Virus record (IMG/VR): IMGVR_UViG_3300044730_000687
Coordinates: 1-52,623 of that record
DNA length: 52,623 nt
Direction: 5' to 3' (one strand)
Source of the DNA: a virus
Lineage: Duplodnaviria > Caudoviricetes
The position numbers and the translations under genes are program-made. Position 1 is the stretch's first letter. Each line of letters begins with the position of its first letter. Below the pieces are notes generated by a model. It was not told where the DNA came from and did no database searches. It saw nothing but the letters and a program-made list of their open reading frames with translations. Shown here piece after piece: positions 52,497 through 52,623 of the stretch.

Positions 52497-52623
52497 TGTA
52501 ACCACCCGCCACAACCCCCGCGTGGGGGCTGGGACGGAGGGTTAGGGGCGGAAGATCGGGGCCATGGAAAACTTGCCGTGCGCGTAGACGTATTCCCCGT
52601 CGCAATCCCGTCCGATCTTCTTG
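52497..52623. repeat. Exact terminal direct repeat (copy 2)
   Basis: Identical to 1-127. Confidence 0.97.

Overview
Complete circular (or circularly permuted) dsDNA tailed phage genome of about 52.5 kb. Bases 1-127 are repeated exactly at 52497-52623. Every credible gene lies on the minus strand. Gene order in the direction of transcription (descending coordinates): small accessory genes, terminase large subunit, a Mu-like head module (DUF935 portal, Mu I-type protease, capsid, DUF1320 adaptor, gpF/gpG-like), tail spike and glycoside hydrolase genes, a PAS-domain membrane protein plus holin-like gene, and a short-tape-measure tail module. The early region follows, with repeated promoter cassettes, an OB-fold protein, a Rad50/SbcC-like ATPase, a DnaA-CTD protein, a C4-like antisense RNA, a replication initiator plus DnaC-like loader, a KhpA-like KH protein, a PAPS-reductase-family protein, SWIM/HNH/RusA-like proteins, a pentapeptide-repeat protein, an SNF2 helicase, a C5-methyltransferase, a 3D-domain protein, an ibrB-orf-ibrA cassette, an ASCH protein, a nucleotidyltransferase, a TerS-like gene and a VPDSG-CTERM-like surface protein. 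No integrase, transposase, repressor, DNA polymerase, tRNA or canonical endolysin was recognised. The host is inferred to be Verrucomicrobiota. The most striking signal is that several genes in the virion module (tail spike, GH-A/CBM enzyme, capsid-adjacent protein) carry Sec-type signal peptides and a strong Thr-Asn dipeptide excess that the non-secreted large tail protein lacks. This suggests virion parts exported, and possibly modified, by the host envelope machinery. All family calls were made by eye from motifs; no database searches were run.
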